This document shows positions 16,877 through 26,028 of a stretch of DNA of 64,000 bases, piece after piece. Made by a program: the position numbers and the translations under genes. The notes under the pieces are model-generated. The model worked only from the letters and a program-made list of their open reading frames with translations. It was not told where the DNA came from and searched no databases. Location of the stretch: assembly GCA_963836075.1 (NCBI GenBank), contig CAWIIB010000001.1, positions 416,001 through 480,000 on the forward strand, in the 5' to 3' direction. This stretch comes from an uncultured Acidobacteriota bacterium (GTDB taxonomy: Bacteria; Acidobacteriota; JAQAZP01). The stretch's first letter is position 1; every line of letters starts with the position of its first letter.

Positions 16877-18547
16877 CTACCTCATGGTGCCGAGATAGGT
16901 GGTGGTCAGCTGCTTTTCCTTGGTGTGGGCCAGGGTGTAGTCGGGGAGCAGCATCGGTGCCACGCGGGTGGTCTCGATTCCCGAGTCGTCGATCTCCTGG
17001 TTGTACTTCGCCACGTGTTCCAGGGTCAGCGAACCATCCTTCGCGCCATCGGCGGCAAACTTCGCCGCGTTCTCACCGGCAATGCGGCCGAAGACCATGA
17101 TGTCCAGCAGCGAGTTTCCCATCAGCCGGTTCTGGCCGTGGATGCCGCCGCCCACCTCGCCGGCCACGTAGAGACCGGGCAGCTCGGTGCTGCCGTCGCT
17201 CTTGAACTCCAGGCCGCCGTTCTGGTAGTGCAGGGTGGGGAAGATCAGCATCGGCTCCTTGGAGATGTCGATGCCGAACCTTTTGTAAAGGATGAACTTG
17301 CCCGGGAACTCCTTCTCCACCGTCCCCGGCCCCACCAGGTCGTCGATCATCGGCGAATCGAGCCAGACGCCGAACTTGCCGGTGGGTGTGGGCACGCCCT
17401 TGCCCACCTCGGTGCACTCGCGGATGATCGAGGCCGCTTCCACGTCGCGGGGCTCGCGCTCGTTGACGAACTGGTGGCCCTCGATGTTCACCAGGTTGGC
17501 CCCGGCGCCGCGGAATTTTTCGGTGATCAGGATACCCTCGGCCTGTTCGGGGAAGACCACGCCGGTGGGGTGATACTGCACCGTGTGCAGGAAGCAGACC
17601 TTCACGCCGGCGCGATAGGCCATGATGATGCCGTCGGCCGTGGCGCCGTAGTGGTTGGTGGTCATGAAGTTCTGCACGTGCAGCCTGCCGCTGCCGCCGG
17701 TGGCCATCACCACCGCCCGGGCCTTGACCAGGGTGTATTCCTCGGTCTCCATGTTGTAGAGCACCGCCCCGGCGCACTGCCCGTGCTCGTTGAGCACCAG
17801 CTCCACCGCCGGCGAGAACTCGATTACCGAGATATCGCCGCTGCGGTTGCGCGCCTCATCGCGCACCGTGCGCATGATCTCCGCACCGGTGATGTCGGCA
17901 GCGTAGTGCATCCGCTTGCGCGAGGTCCCGCCGCCGTGGATCGTCTCCAGGGTGCCGTCCGGTTTCTTGGTGAAGTTGCAGCCGTGGTGCTCCAGCCACT
18001 TGATGGCGTCGGGGGCCTGATTGACCAGGGTCTCCACCAGCTCGGGCGTGTTCTTGAAGTGTCCGCCGCCCATCACGTCGAGGTAGTGGTAATAGGGCGA
18101 GTCCTTGCCCACCTTGGTCGCCGCCTGGATACCGCCCTCGGCCATCATGGTGTTGGCGTCGCCGTGGCGCAGCTTGGTGGCCAGGATCACCCTGGCGCCC
18201 TTCTCCTGGGCCAGCAGGGCCGCCGCGGTACCGGCACCGCCCCCGCCGATCACCAGCACGTCGGTCTCGTGGGCCGCCATGGAGAGATCGATCATCTCCG
18301 GGTTGACCCGGCTGCGCGCCTCCAGAAGGTCCACCACCTCGTGGGCAATGTGATAGCCCTTGCTGGGACCGATCTTGATTTCCCGCCGGCCCTCCTCCTT
18401 GAAGTCGGGGTGGTAGTCGAGGCGTTTCTTCCGCTCGTCCAGGTCGAGGAAAGGCACTTCCTCGCCGGCTTTCTTCTTGGCCACCCGTTCGGGCCTGGTT
18501 TGCTCAACGACCTTGATCAGCTCTTTCAATGATTCAGGGTAAGGCAT
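16877..18547 (-). CDS. Fumarate reductase/succinate dehydrogenase-family flavoprotein (TfrA-like, probably non-covalent FAD)
   Basis: GGGGAG, ANTMMAEGG (no covalent-FAD His), QYHPT, RDV, HYQNGG and HGQNRLMGNSL motifs; ~85-aa N-terminal extension. Confidence 0.88.
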   Translation of the reverse strand: MPYPESLKELIKVVEQTRPERVAKKKAGEEVPFLDLDERKKRLDYHPDFKEEGRREIKIGPSKGYHIAHEVVDLLEARSRVNPEMIDLSMAAHETDVLVIGGGGAGTAAALLAQEKGARVILATKLRHGDANTMMAEGGIQAATKVGKDSPYYHYLDVMGGGHFKNTPELVETLVNQAPDAIKWLEHHGCNFTKKPDGTLETIHGGGTSRKRMHYAADITGAEIMRTVRDEARNRSGDISVIEFSPAVELVLNEHGQCAGAVLYNMETEEYTLVKARAVVMATGGSGRLHVQNFMTTNHYGATADGIIMAYRAGVKVCFLHTVQYHPTGVVFPEQAEGILITEKFRGAGANLVNIEGHQFVNEREPRDVEAASIIRECTEVGKGVPTPTGKFGVWLDSPMIDDLVGPGTVEKEFPGKFILYKRFGIDISKEPMLIFPTLHYQNGGLEFKSDGSTELPGLYVAGEVGGGIHGQNRLMGNSLLDIMVFGRIAGENAAKFAADGAKDGSLTLEHVAKYNQEIDDSGIETTRVAPMLLPDYTLAHTKEKQLTTTYLGTMR

Positions 18548-18617
18548 CTTTTTTCACCTGCTGTGCGCGCTCGCGCTCGAAATTCCGAAACGGCGTCAAC
18601 CTCGTGCCGCAACCGGT

Positions 18618-19373
18618 TCAGAGATAGCTGGGGTCCGCGGGTTTCCAGTCCTCCTGGGACATGTGAGGCTCCTGCTGCCGGTTCTGGTAGAGGTCCTTCA
18701 TCGTCTCCTCGTCCATGGTCTTCAGCTTTTCGATACCCTCGTCGAACTTGCCGGCGGCGATGTTCTCCACCATGGCCTTCAGGTGCTCGGCCCGCGGGGA
18801 GATCTTGCTGCCGTAGATCCGGCGCACCATCTGGGCGATGTGATACTGGGCCATCTCCGCCATGCAGCGGGATGTGCAGAGGCCGCACTGGATGCAGTCG
18901 AAGGAGAGCTCGTTGGCCTTCTTCAGGTCTCCCTGCTTGATCGCCGACACGTAGTCCATCACCTGGACGTCCATGGGGCAGACCTTGGTGCAGGCGTTGC
19001 AGGCCACGCAGCGGAAGAGCTCGGGATAGAGTTTGTGCACCTCGGTGGCGTCGGCGCTGATCTCCTCGAAGTTGTAGCTCGACCTGATGGCGGGGAAGAA
19101 CGGGATCTGGGTCAGATACATATCCGGTTCCACCACCGTCTGGCAGGCCAGCCCCACCCGGATGTGGTAGTCGCCGGGCTTGCGGTAGACCGTGCCGCAG
19201 GCGCCGCAGATGCCGCCGCGGCAGCCGCAGCCGCGGATGTATTTGTACCCGGCATATTCGAGGGCCTTCATGATGGTCAGGGAGTCGGGCACGTCATAGC
19301 GCTTGCCCATGACATAGATGGGAATCAGTTCGGCGTCCATGCCCTCGGTGGTTTTGGCGGTTTCGTCGCTCAT
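18618..19373 (-). CDS. SdhB/FrdB-like iron-sulfur subunit ([2Fe-2S] + 2x[4Fe-4S])
   Basis: CRGGICGAC...LAC, CVACNACTKVCP and CIQCGLCTSRC motifs. Confidence 0.88.
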   Translation of the reverse strand: MSDETAKTTEGMDAELIPIYVMGKRYDVPDSLTIMKALEYAGYKYIRGCGCRGGICGACGTVYRKPGDYHIRVGLACQTVVEPDMYLTQIPFFPAIRSSYNFEEISADATEVHKLYPELFRCVACNACTKVCPMDVQVMDYVSAIKQGDLKKANELSFDCIQCGLCTSRCMAEMAQYHIAQMVRRIYGSKISPRAEHLKAMVENIAAGKFDEGIEKLKTMDEETMKDLYQNRQQEPHMSQEDWKPADPSYL

Positions 19374-19435
19374 CTGGACCTCTTGGTAGTATGAAGTACT
19401 GACTATCTACTCAAAAATAAAGCTCGGCAACCGGT

Positions 19436-20320
19436 TCAGGCGCTGCGGATGAACTTCCGGCTGTCCAGCAATTCCCTCGAAGCGGGTTCGTTCAGTTCGA
19501 AACGGCAGACCTTTTCCTCCAGGCCCAGGGCCACGGCCAGCAACTGGGTGAAGTAGTAGGTGGGTATCCCCTCGAACCCCTCGGACTTCGCGGCCATGGC
19601 CTCCTGTTTCCGTCCCAGGTTGAACTCGCAGAGCGGGCAGCTGGAGACCAGGGCCTCGGCCCCGTGCGAGCGGGCGGAATGGAGTACGTGGCGAGCGCTG
19701 TTCAGCGCCTCCTCGGGGTGACTCACCATGGTGTACGAACTGCAGCAGTCGACGGAGGCGGGAAAGGAGACCGCTTCGGCCCCCAGGGCCTCGATGAACT
19801 CCTTGAACAGGGTCGGCCGGTCGGTGGGTTCGATGGCCACCTCTCGGGGTCGAAGGAGTGTGCAGCCGTAGTATGGCGCCACCTTCAGCCCGGTGAGCGG
19901 CACCTTGACCTTTTCCCGCACGGTGTCCCAGCCCACGGTGTCGCGGAGGAAGGGCAGGAGGTGCAATACCTCCACATCCCCCTCGTAGTCCGGTTCCTCT
20001 TCCATGAAGCTGTTGATGGTGAACCGTTTTTCCTCATCCTCGCGCATCACCTGGTTGGCCCGGGCCAGGGTGTTGTAGCACATGGAACAGGCGGTGAGCA
20101 CCTGGTTCTCGCCCTGCTCCCGGACGCGGATCAGGTCGCGCACCGGTGCCAGGAGGTTGATCAGGTTGTCATCGGCCAGGGAGAAGACCGCTCCGCAGCA
20201 GTTCCAGCGGGGCAGTTCCACAAGGGAAACACCCAGGGCTTCGAGGGCGGCCACGGCCGTGCGGTCGAGGTTGGCGGCCTTGGTTTTCAGGGTGCAACCG
20301 GGATAGTAGCTAACGTTCAT
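19436..20320 (-). CDS. hdrB: Heterodisulfide reductase subunit B-like CCG-domain protein
   Basis: YYPGC...CCG...CSMC and YYGC...CCS...CPLC motifs. Confidence 0.88.
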   Translation of the reverse strand: MNVSYYPGCTLKTKAANLDRTAVAALEALGVSLVELPRWNCCGAVFSLADDNLINLLAPVRDLIRVREQGENQVLTACSMCYNTLARANQVMREDEEKRFTINSFMEEEPDYEGDVEVLHLLPFLRDTVGWDTVREKVKVPLTGLKVAPYYGCTLLRPREVAIEPTDRPTLFKEFIEALGAEAVSFPASVDCCSSYTMVSHPEEALNSARHVLHSARSHGAEALVSSCPLCEFNLGRKQEAMAAKSEGFEGIPTYYFTQLLAVALGLEEKVCRFELNEPASRELLDSRKFIRSA

Positions 20321-20329
20321 CGTCACCCC

Positions 20330-20743
20330 TCATGACGTGTGCCGGCGGAAACAGCTGACCATGGCTATCTGCGGCATCTCCTCGAGCTGCTCCTCGGGAA
20401 TCTCCGAAGGCTCGATGTGGTTCTCGTTGGTGCGGAGCGTCAGCATCCGGGCGGCTTCCATCACCTTGGTCAGGTCGATCCCCCGCGGGCAGCTGACCGT
20501 ACAGCTCTGGCAGGTGGCACAGAGCCAGATCATCTTCGAGTCTTCCACACTCTTCTTCTGACCGTAGTGTGAGAAGAGGATGATCTGCCGCGGCGGAACG
20601 TCGGAGCTGTCGGTCATCGGACAGGCCGCGGTACAGGTGCCGCACTGCATGCATTTGTGGAAGTTCTCCCCGCTGATTTCCTCCAGTTTCCTGACGAATT
20701 CCTCGTCATACGTGCGATCCGATATTTCAATTCCCACAAGCAC
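20330..20743 (-). CDS. hdrC: Heterodisulfide reductase subunit C-like 2x[4Fe-4S] protein (start may be GTG 20737)
   Basis: CMQCGTCTAACP and WLCATCQSCTVSCPRG motifs; lies directly upstream of hdrB. Confidence 0.85.
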   Translation of the reverse strand: MLVGIEISDRTYDEEFVRKLEEISGENFHKCMQCGTCTAACPMTDSSDVPPRQIILFSHYGQKKSVEDSKMIWLCATCQSCTVSCPRGIDLTKVMEAARMLTLRTNENHIEPSEIPEEQLEEMPQIAMVSCFRRHTS

Positions 20744-20859
20744 ACCTCGTTTGGAACGTCCTGAAATCCTCGCGGTTCAGGGCCTGAGGACAGTGTGCCC
20801 CGACCCCGAAGGCCATCCGCTGCAACATCACGTGCAACACGAAACGCATCAAACTGAGT

Positions 20860-20887
20860 ATCTTACTGACCTTGGCCGTCCTGTCAA
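20860..20887 (-). promoter_or_regulatory. Sigma70-type promoter of the hdrC-hdrB-sdhB-sdhA operon
   Basis: TTGACA-N16-TAAGAT on the minus strand. Confidence 0.6.
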
Positions 20888-21011
20888 GACTCGTCCCTGT
20901 TACATGCGTTTATTCAGTTGTTTACAAAATTGGTCATGGGACGCGGAGCCCGGAATGCCACCAGTGGCGGGGAACAGTGGTGCAGCATTTCCGCCCGGGA
21001 GCGTCGGGACC

Positions 21012-21716
21012 CTAGACCCCCCGGACCAGGATCCGGTCGAAGTGTGGAGCGCAGATACTGTCCAGTTGCCGCACCTCGGCAGCAGACAGCGGCTGCAGAG
21101 CGGCGGAGGCGGGATCGAGAGTGACGGCGGGACGGAATTGCTGCAGCACGTAGGTGCCCGGCCCGCCCACCCAGCGGCAGATCTCGGGCAGCTGGTCCGC
21201 TCCGGCCAACCCCGGCACCAGGGTGGTGCGCAGTTCGTAGTCAACCTCCCGACTGCGCAGGACGCCGGCGCTCTCCCCCACCGGCCCGGGATCCCCCGGG
21301 CCGCCGGTGGCCAGGCCATACAGCCCGGGTGGCGCCTTGATGTCCAGGGCGACGAAATCCACCAGGCCCTCGTCCAGCAGGTGGTCCAACCGACCGGGAA
21401 AGGAACCGTTGGTGTCCAGCTTCACCGCCGCTCCGGTCTCATCCTTCACCCGGCGCAGGAACTGGCTCAACCCGGCCTGCATCAGCGGCTCGCCACCGCT
21501 GATGCAGAGGCCGTCCACCAGCCCCTTCCTCCGGACCAGCAGGCTGAGCACTTCTTCGGGGTCCACCGGTTCAGGCGGCCGCCCCGGGGGAACCATTCCG
21601 GGGTTGTGACAGAACCCGCAGCGGTAGTTGCAGCCCTGAAAAAAAATGGAACAGGCCACCCGGGAAGGGAAATCAACCAGGGTGGTCTTGATCATGCCGC
21701 CGATGGCAACGGTCAT
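21012..21716 (-). CDS. nrdG: Anaerobic ribonucleotide reductase activating protein (radical SAM)
   Basis: CNYRCGFC, SGGEP, KLDTNG and ELRTT motifs; directly downstream of nrdD. Confidence 0.95.
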   Translation of the reverse strand: MTVAIGGMIKTTLVDFPSRVACSIFFQGCNYRCGFCHNPGMVPPGRPPEPVDPEEVLSLLVRRKGLVDGLCISGGEPLMQAGLSQFLRRVKDETGAAVKLDTNGSFPGRLDHLLDEGLVDFVALDIKAPPGLYGLATGGPGDPGPVGESAGVLRSREVDYELRTTLVPGLAGADQLPEICRWVGGPGTYVLQQFRPAVTLDPASAALQPLSAAEVRQLDSICAPHFDRILVRGV

Positions 21717-21744
21717 CTAGGCCCTCCACCGGCATGATCCAGGG

Positions 21745-24315
21745 TCAGCGCCCGGGACTGGCGGAAAGATGCTGGAGGATTTCGTCCTTGCCCGACGCGA
21801 TCCCCACCACCTGTTCGTCGTTGTCCAGCTCCAGCAGGATCGGCACGTCGAGGCTGCCGTCCACCGACCGCTGCACCCGTTTCCGCAGCAGCGGGTAGAA
21901 CTGGGTGAACATGTCGCGGCCCTTCTTCTCTTTCAGGTTGTAGACCTGGCGTTCGCTGAAGGGAAGAACGTCGTTGATGCTGGAGATGGTCTCGGTGCAG
22001 GCAGTGCAGTTGGGCATGGTGAACAGCTTCAGGGTCCGGCCACCGTTGCCGCCGGTCGGCGCCGCCGGCAGCAGTTCCTCTCCGGGCAGTGCCGCCGCGG
22101 CCACAGTGGCCGCCTGCTCCACCGGCTGCTCCACCGCCCCCGGCGATAGCGGCCCGGCGTCCTCGCCCACCCGCGCTTTGTGAGAGTGCGGCAGGCCCAC
22201 CGGGCACTGCTCGAAGGTGGTGCGCTCGAAATATTCCTCGCGCTTGCCCTTGTTCCAGTTGCCCACCGGGCGGTAGTAGCCGACGATCCTCGAATAGACC
22301 TCGGTGTCGGCCCCGCAGTCACCGCACTGGAACTGCTCACCCTTGAGGTAACCGTGGTCGGGACAGACCGAAAAGGTGGGGGTGATGGTGAAGTAGGGAA
22401 TGCGGTAGTTTTCGGCGATCCGCTTGACCAGCGACTTGCAGGCCTCCAGGTCATCGATGGATTCACCGATCATCGAATGGAAGACGGTTCCGCCGGTGTA
22501 GCGCGACTGCACCGGCTCCTGGAGGTCCAGCGCCTCGAAGAGGTCGCTGGTCAGGTTCACCGGCAGCTGGGTGGAATTGGTGTAATACGGGTCCTCCTCG
22601 CCGGCGGTGACGATCTCGGGGAACTCCTGTTTGTCGATCTTGGCCAGGCGGTAGGATGTCGACTCGGCCGGTGTGGCCTCGAGGTTATACATGCTGCCGG
22701 TCTCCTTCTGGAAGGTGACCAGCACGTCACGCATGTAATCGAGCACCTCGATGGTGAAATCGGCGGCGTCCTGGTGCTCGATGCTCTTGCCGAGGAAGTT
22801 GAGACAACACTCGTTCATCCCCACGATGCCGATGGTGGAAAAGTGGTTGTCCCAGCTGCCGAGGTAGCGCTGGGTGTAGGGGAAGAGCCCCTCATCCATC
22901 AGCTTGGTCACCACCCGCCGCTTGGTCTCCAGCGAGTCGCGGCCGATTTCCAGCAGCCGGGTCAGGTTGCCGTAAAATTCGTCCCGGGTCTCGGAGATGT
23001 ACCCGATGCGGGGCAGGTTGAGGGTGACCACCCCGATGGAGCCGGTGAGTTCGGCGGCGCCGAACAGCCCCCCGCCCTTCTTCTTCAGTTCCCGCTTGTC
23101 CAGCTGGAGCCGGCAGCACATGGAGCGCACGTCCCCCGGCTTGAGGTCGCTGTTGATGAAGTTCTGGAAATAGGGGGTACCGTATTTTCCGGTCATCTGG
23201 AAGAGCAGCGTGGCATTGGGGCTGTCCCAGTCGAAGTCACGGGTGATGTTGTAGGTGGGAATCGGGTAGGGGAACCCGCGCCCGTCGGCGTCACCCTCCA
23301 TCATCACTTCGAGGAACGCCCGGTTGACCACATCCATCTCTTTCTGGTAGTCGCCGTAGGTGGTATCCAGTTCCATGCCGCCCACCAGGGCCGGCTTGTC
23401 CTTCAGGTCTTCGGGAACGGTCCAGTCGAGGGTGATGTTGGTGAACGGCGCCTGGCTGCCCCAGCGGGAGGGCGTGTTGACGCCGAAGACAAAGCTCTGC
23501 ACGTGCTGCTTCACGTCTTCGAAGCTGAGGTTGTCCACGCGCACAAAGGGGGCGAGATAGGTGTCAAAGCTGGAGAACGCCTGGGCCCCGGCCCACTCGT
23601 TCTGCAGCACGCCGAGGAAGTTGACCATCTGGGCGCTGAGGGTGCTGAGATGTTTGGCCGGCCGGGAACTGATCTTGTTTTCCACCCCGCCCAGACCTTC
23701 CCGGATCAGCTGGTCCAGGCTCCAGCCGGCGCAGTAGCCGGAGAACATGGAGAGGTCGTGGATGTGCATCTCTCCGTCGCGGTGGGCGTCGGCGATCTCC
23801 TTGGTGTAGATGTGGTTCAGCCAGTAGTTGGCGGTGACCGTTCCCGAGTTGTGCAGGATCAGCCCGCCCAGAGAGTAGTTGACGTTACTGTTTTCCCGGA
23901 CCCGCCAGTCGGCCTGGCTGAGGTAACCGTCCATGGTGCTGTGGATGTCGAGGAGCATGCTCCGCGCGTCGCGGAGCCGGGCGTGCTGTTCGCGGTAGAG
24001 AATGTACGCCTTGGCCGTCCTGGCGTGGCCCTCTTCAATGAGAACCTTTTCCACCAGATCCTGGATCTGCTCCACGGCCGGAATGCTCCGCTTGTGAAAG
24101 CTGGTCAGCACCGCCTCGCAGACCTTGTTGGAAAGCCGGACCGCTGCCTCCCGGTCGGTCCCCCCCACGGATTTCGCTGCCTTGAAGATGGCATCCGTGA
24201 TCCGCTCCTGGTCGAACGGAGCGATATTTCCATTCCGTTTCCGTATCTGATGCTTGTTCAGCAGGAACCGGAATTTGGGCATGACGTTCCCGTTGCTCGC
24301 CTCTTCATGACCCAT
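21745..24315 (-). CDS. nrdD: Class III ribonucleoside-triphosphate reductase with N-terminal ATP-cone and C-terminal glutaredoxin-like domain
   Basis: ATP-cone (IRKRNG...VEQIQDLVE), YCAGW, SMCCRL, Zn ribbon, glycyl-radical YSRIVGY; C-terminal CTAC...VP. Start moved to ATG 24315 (RBS GGAGG). Confidence 0.96.
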   Translation of the reverse strand: MGHEEASNGNVMPKFRFLLNKHQIRKRNGNIAPFDQERITDAIFKAAKSVGGTDREAAVRLSNKVCEAVLTSFHKRSIPAVEQIQDLVEKVLIEEGHARTAKAYILYREQHARLRDARSMLLDIHSTMDGYLSQADWRVRENSNVNYSLGGLILHNSGTVTANYWLNHIYTKEIADAHRDGEMHIHDLSMFSGYCAGWSLDQLIREGLGGVENKISSRPAKHLSTLSAQMVNFLGVLQNEWAGAQAFSSFDTYLAPFVRVDNLSFEDVKQHVQSFVFGVNTPSRWGSQAPFTNITLDWTVPEDLKDKPALVGGMELDTTYGDYQKEMDVVNRAFLEVMMEGDADGRGFPYPIPTYNITRDFDWDSPNATLLFQMTGKYGTPYFQNFINSDLKPGDVRSMCCRLQLDKRELKKKGGGLFGAAELTGSIGVVTLNLPRIGYISETRDEFYGNLTRLLEIGRDSLETKRRVVTKLMDEGLFPYTQRYLGSWDNHFSTIGIVGMNECCLNFLGKSIEHQDAADFTIEVLDYMRDVLVTFQKETGSMYNLEATPAESTSYRLAKIDKQEFPEIVTAGEEDPYYTNSTQLPVNLTSDLFEALDLQEPVQSRYTGGTVFHSMIGESIDDLEACKSLVKRIAENYRIPYFTITPTFSVCPDHGYLKGEQFQCGDCGADTEVYSRIVGYYRPVGNWNKGKREEYFERTTFEQCPVGLPHSHKARVGEDAGPLSPGAVEQPVEQAATVAAAALPGEELLPAAPTGGNGGRTLKLFTMPNCTACTETISSINDVLPFSERQVYNLKEKKGRDMFTQFYPLLRKRVQRSVDGSLDVPILLELDNDEQVVGIASGKDEILQHLSASPGR

Positions 24316-24359
24316 ACTCAACCTCCAGAAATAGTACGCCATCCGATGACGAAAGCCCG

Positions 24360-24441
24360 TACACATATATTGTTATTATTTGGGGGATATATACTATATC
24401 TTGTGCCTAAGGATAATAGTGCCACCATATCTTGCTGTCAA
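24360..24441 (-). promoter_or_regulatory. nrdD promoter with three NrdR boxes
   Basis: 16-mers at 24360 (tacacatatattgtta), 24391 (atactatatcttgtgc) and 24422 (ccaccatatcttgctg) match acaCwAtATaTwGtgt with 31-bp spacing; TTGACA-N17-TATTAT at 24441-24413. Confidence 0.85.
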
Positions 24442-24603
24442 GCCTCAGGACGATTTATTTTCACAGCGCCGGTCACGGCACTGGTAACCCGCCGTTTCTG
24501 AACCGTTTCCCCGCAATTTTTCCCGTCGATCGCCCCCCTTGACGCGATGACTGAAGCCTCGGTGGCATTCCTGCGGCTCGGTCTGATGCCGGACCTGCGT
24601 CTC

Positions 24604-24632
24604 TTGACGATAGACAGTGGTTTTGGTATGGT
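24604..24632 (+). promoter_or_regulatory. Sigma70-type promoter
   Basis: TTGACG-N17-TATGGT upstream of the small lipoprotein. Confidence 0.5.
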
Positions 24633-24732
24633 TCCGGATACTGTAAGTTCACAAATATATCAGCGATACAGTGGTCTAACCGTATATTTTCCAATCAGGG
24701 GATCCCCCCTAAAAACTCAAGGAGATCAACAC

Positions 24733-25047
24733 ATGTCCAAACGCTTTTTCCAGATTGCCCTCGCCTTCGTCGCCGTGATTGTTTTCGTGCTCGCACCCAT
24801 CGCTTGCCAGCAGGCGGAGCAGGCCACCGACACCACGGATACAGCCAAGCCGTCCGGCCCCCCCAGCGGCAAGAAACTGATGGCCGCCAAGCCCCAGGCC
24901 GAGGGGGCCGTTGACGACGCCGCAGAAGCCGCGGGTGAAGAGCTCGACGGCATCGTTGAAGAAGGTACCGATGCCGCCGGGGACGTGGTGGAAGAAATTG
25001 TGGAAGAGGGAACCGAAACAGTCGAGGACCTGACCAAAGACCACTAG
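24733..25047 (+). CDS. Small acidic low-complexity lipoprotein
   Basis: RBS AGGAG; signal peptide ending PIAC; A/E/D-rich tail with repeated IVEEGT. Confidence 0.8.
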   Translation: MSKRFFQIALAFVAVIVFVLAPIACQQAEQATDTTDTAKPSGPPSGKKLMAAKPQAEGAVDDAAEAAGEELDGIVEEGTDAAGDVVEEIVEEGTETVEDLTKDH

Positions 25048-25071
25048 GCAGCAAGTTGCCACTCACCGTCC

Positions 25072-25108
25072 CGGGGGTGCCAGCCCTTCGCGGTGGCACT
25101 CCCGTTTT
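25072..25108 (+). terminator. Probable intrinsic terminator
   Basis: CGGGGGTGCCA...TGGCACTCCCG-TTTT. Confidence 0.6.
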
Positions 25109-25173
25109 GCTGTACGGCGTCTCCTGCCGGCTGCGGGTGGGTCCATCCACAAAATTATGTGCTATCAACAAGT

Positions 25174-25202
25174 TTGACAGTGCAGATCCTCTGGACTATA
25201 GT
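25174..25202 (+). promoter_or_regulatory. Sigma70-type promoter
   Basis: TTGACA-N17-TATAGT upstream of the NYN gene. Confidence 0.7.
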
Positions 25203-25243
25203 CTCATTCTCCACGAAAACCGGACTAGCTGGATGAGGTAAAA

Positions 25244-26002
25244 ATGCAGGAAACTGAGCAGAATCTTGCCGTGTTTGTCGACTTTGAAAACCTGGCCCTC
25301 GGTTTCAAGGACATGAAATCGAAACATTTCGAGATCCAGAAAGTTCTCGAACGCCTGGTTGAAAAAGGTAAAATCATCGCCAAGAAAGCCTATGCCGACT
25401 GGTCTCGTTTCGGCGAGTACAAACGGACTCTTCACGAAGCGGCGATGGAACTGATCGACATCCCCAAACGGCACATGACCGGAAAGAACTCCGCCGACAT
25501 CCGCCTGGTGGTGGATGCCATGGACCTCTCCTATGCCAAGGAGCACATCGACACCTTTGTCATCGTATCCGGGGACAGCGATTTCTCGCCCCTGGTCTCG
25601 AAACTGAAGGAGAACGGCAAGCACGTCATCGGCCTGGGGATGAAAGACTCTTCCTCCGAACTGCTGATCAACAACTGCGACGAGTTCATCTTCTACGAAG
25701 ACCTGGTACGGCCCACCACCAGCCCGCCGAAATTCGGCCGTATGGACAAGAAGAAAAAGGAGGCCTTCCAGTTGATGGTGGACTCGGTGGTGGCCCTGGT
25801 TCGTGAGAACAAGCCGGTGCTCTGGTCATCGATGGTCAAGGAGACCATGAAGCGCAAGAAGCCTTCGTTCAACGAGACCTATCACGGCTACCGGACGTTC
25901 AGCGAGCTGCTGGAGGACGCGGAAAAGAACGGGGTCATCCTGCTGCGCAAGGACACCCGCAGCGGCACCTATGTCATCGAGGGCTTCGGCAAAAAGAATT
26001 GA
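25244..26002 (+). CDS. NYN-domain (LabA/DUF88) protein with C-terminal OST-HTH/LOTUS domain
   Basis: VDFEN, KAYADW, GKNSADIRLVVDA, SGDSDF, CDEFIFY and PSFNExYHGYRTFSELL motifs. Confidence 0.92.
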   Translation: MQETEQNLAVFVDFENLALGFKDMKSKHFEIQKVLERLVEKGKIIAKKAYADWSRFGEYKRTLHEAAMELIDIPKRHMTGKNSADIRLVVDAMDLSYAKEHIDTFVIVSGDSDFSPLVSKLKENGKHVIGLGMKDSSSELLINNCDEFIFYEDLVRPTTSPPKFGRMDKKKKEAFQLMVDSVVALVRENKPVLWSSMVKETMKRKKPSFNETYHGYRTFSELLEDAEKNGVILLRKDTRSGTYVIEGFGKKN

Positions 26003-26028
26003 ACGTGACCAGGGGAGGACCGGGGCCG

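Noticed and set aside
16877-18547. L-aspartate oxidase NadB
   Set aside because: It also lacks the covalent His, but here the gene is in an operon with SdhB- and HdrBC-like subunits and no nadA/nadC is nearby.
20580-21737. 385-aa + strand ORF across hdrC, its promoter and nrdG
   Set aside because: Antisense to two supported genes and spans a promoter; no recognisable motifs.
22180-24501. Long + strand ORF (773 aa), and similar antisense ORFs such as 56491-59145, 16805-18532, 10529-11980 and 43619-45283
   Set aside because: These are shadows of well-supported genes on the opposite strand; long stop-free antisense frames are expected at this GC content.
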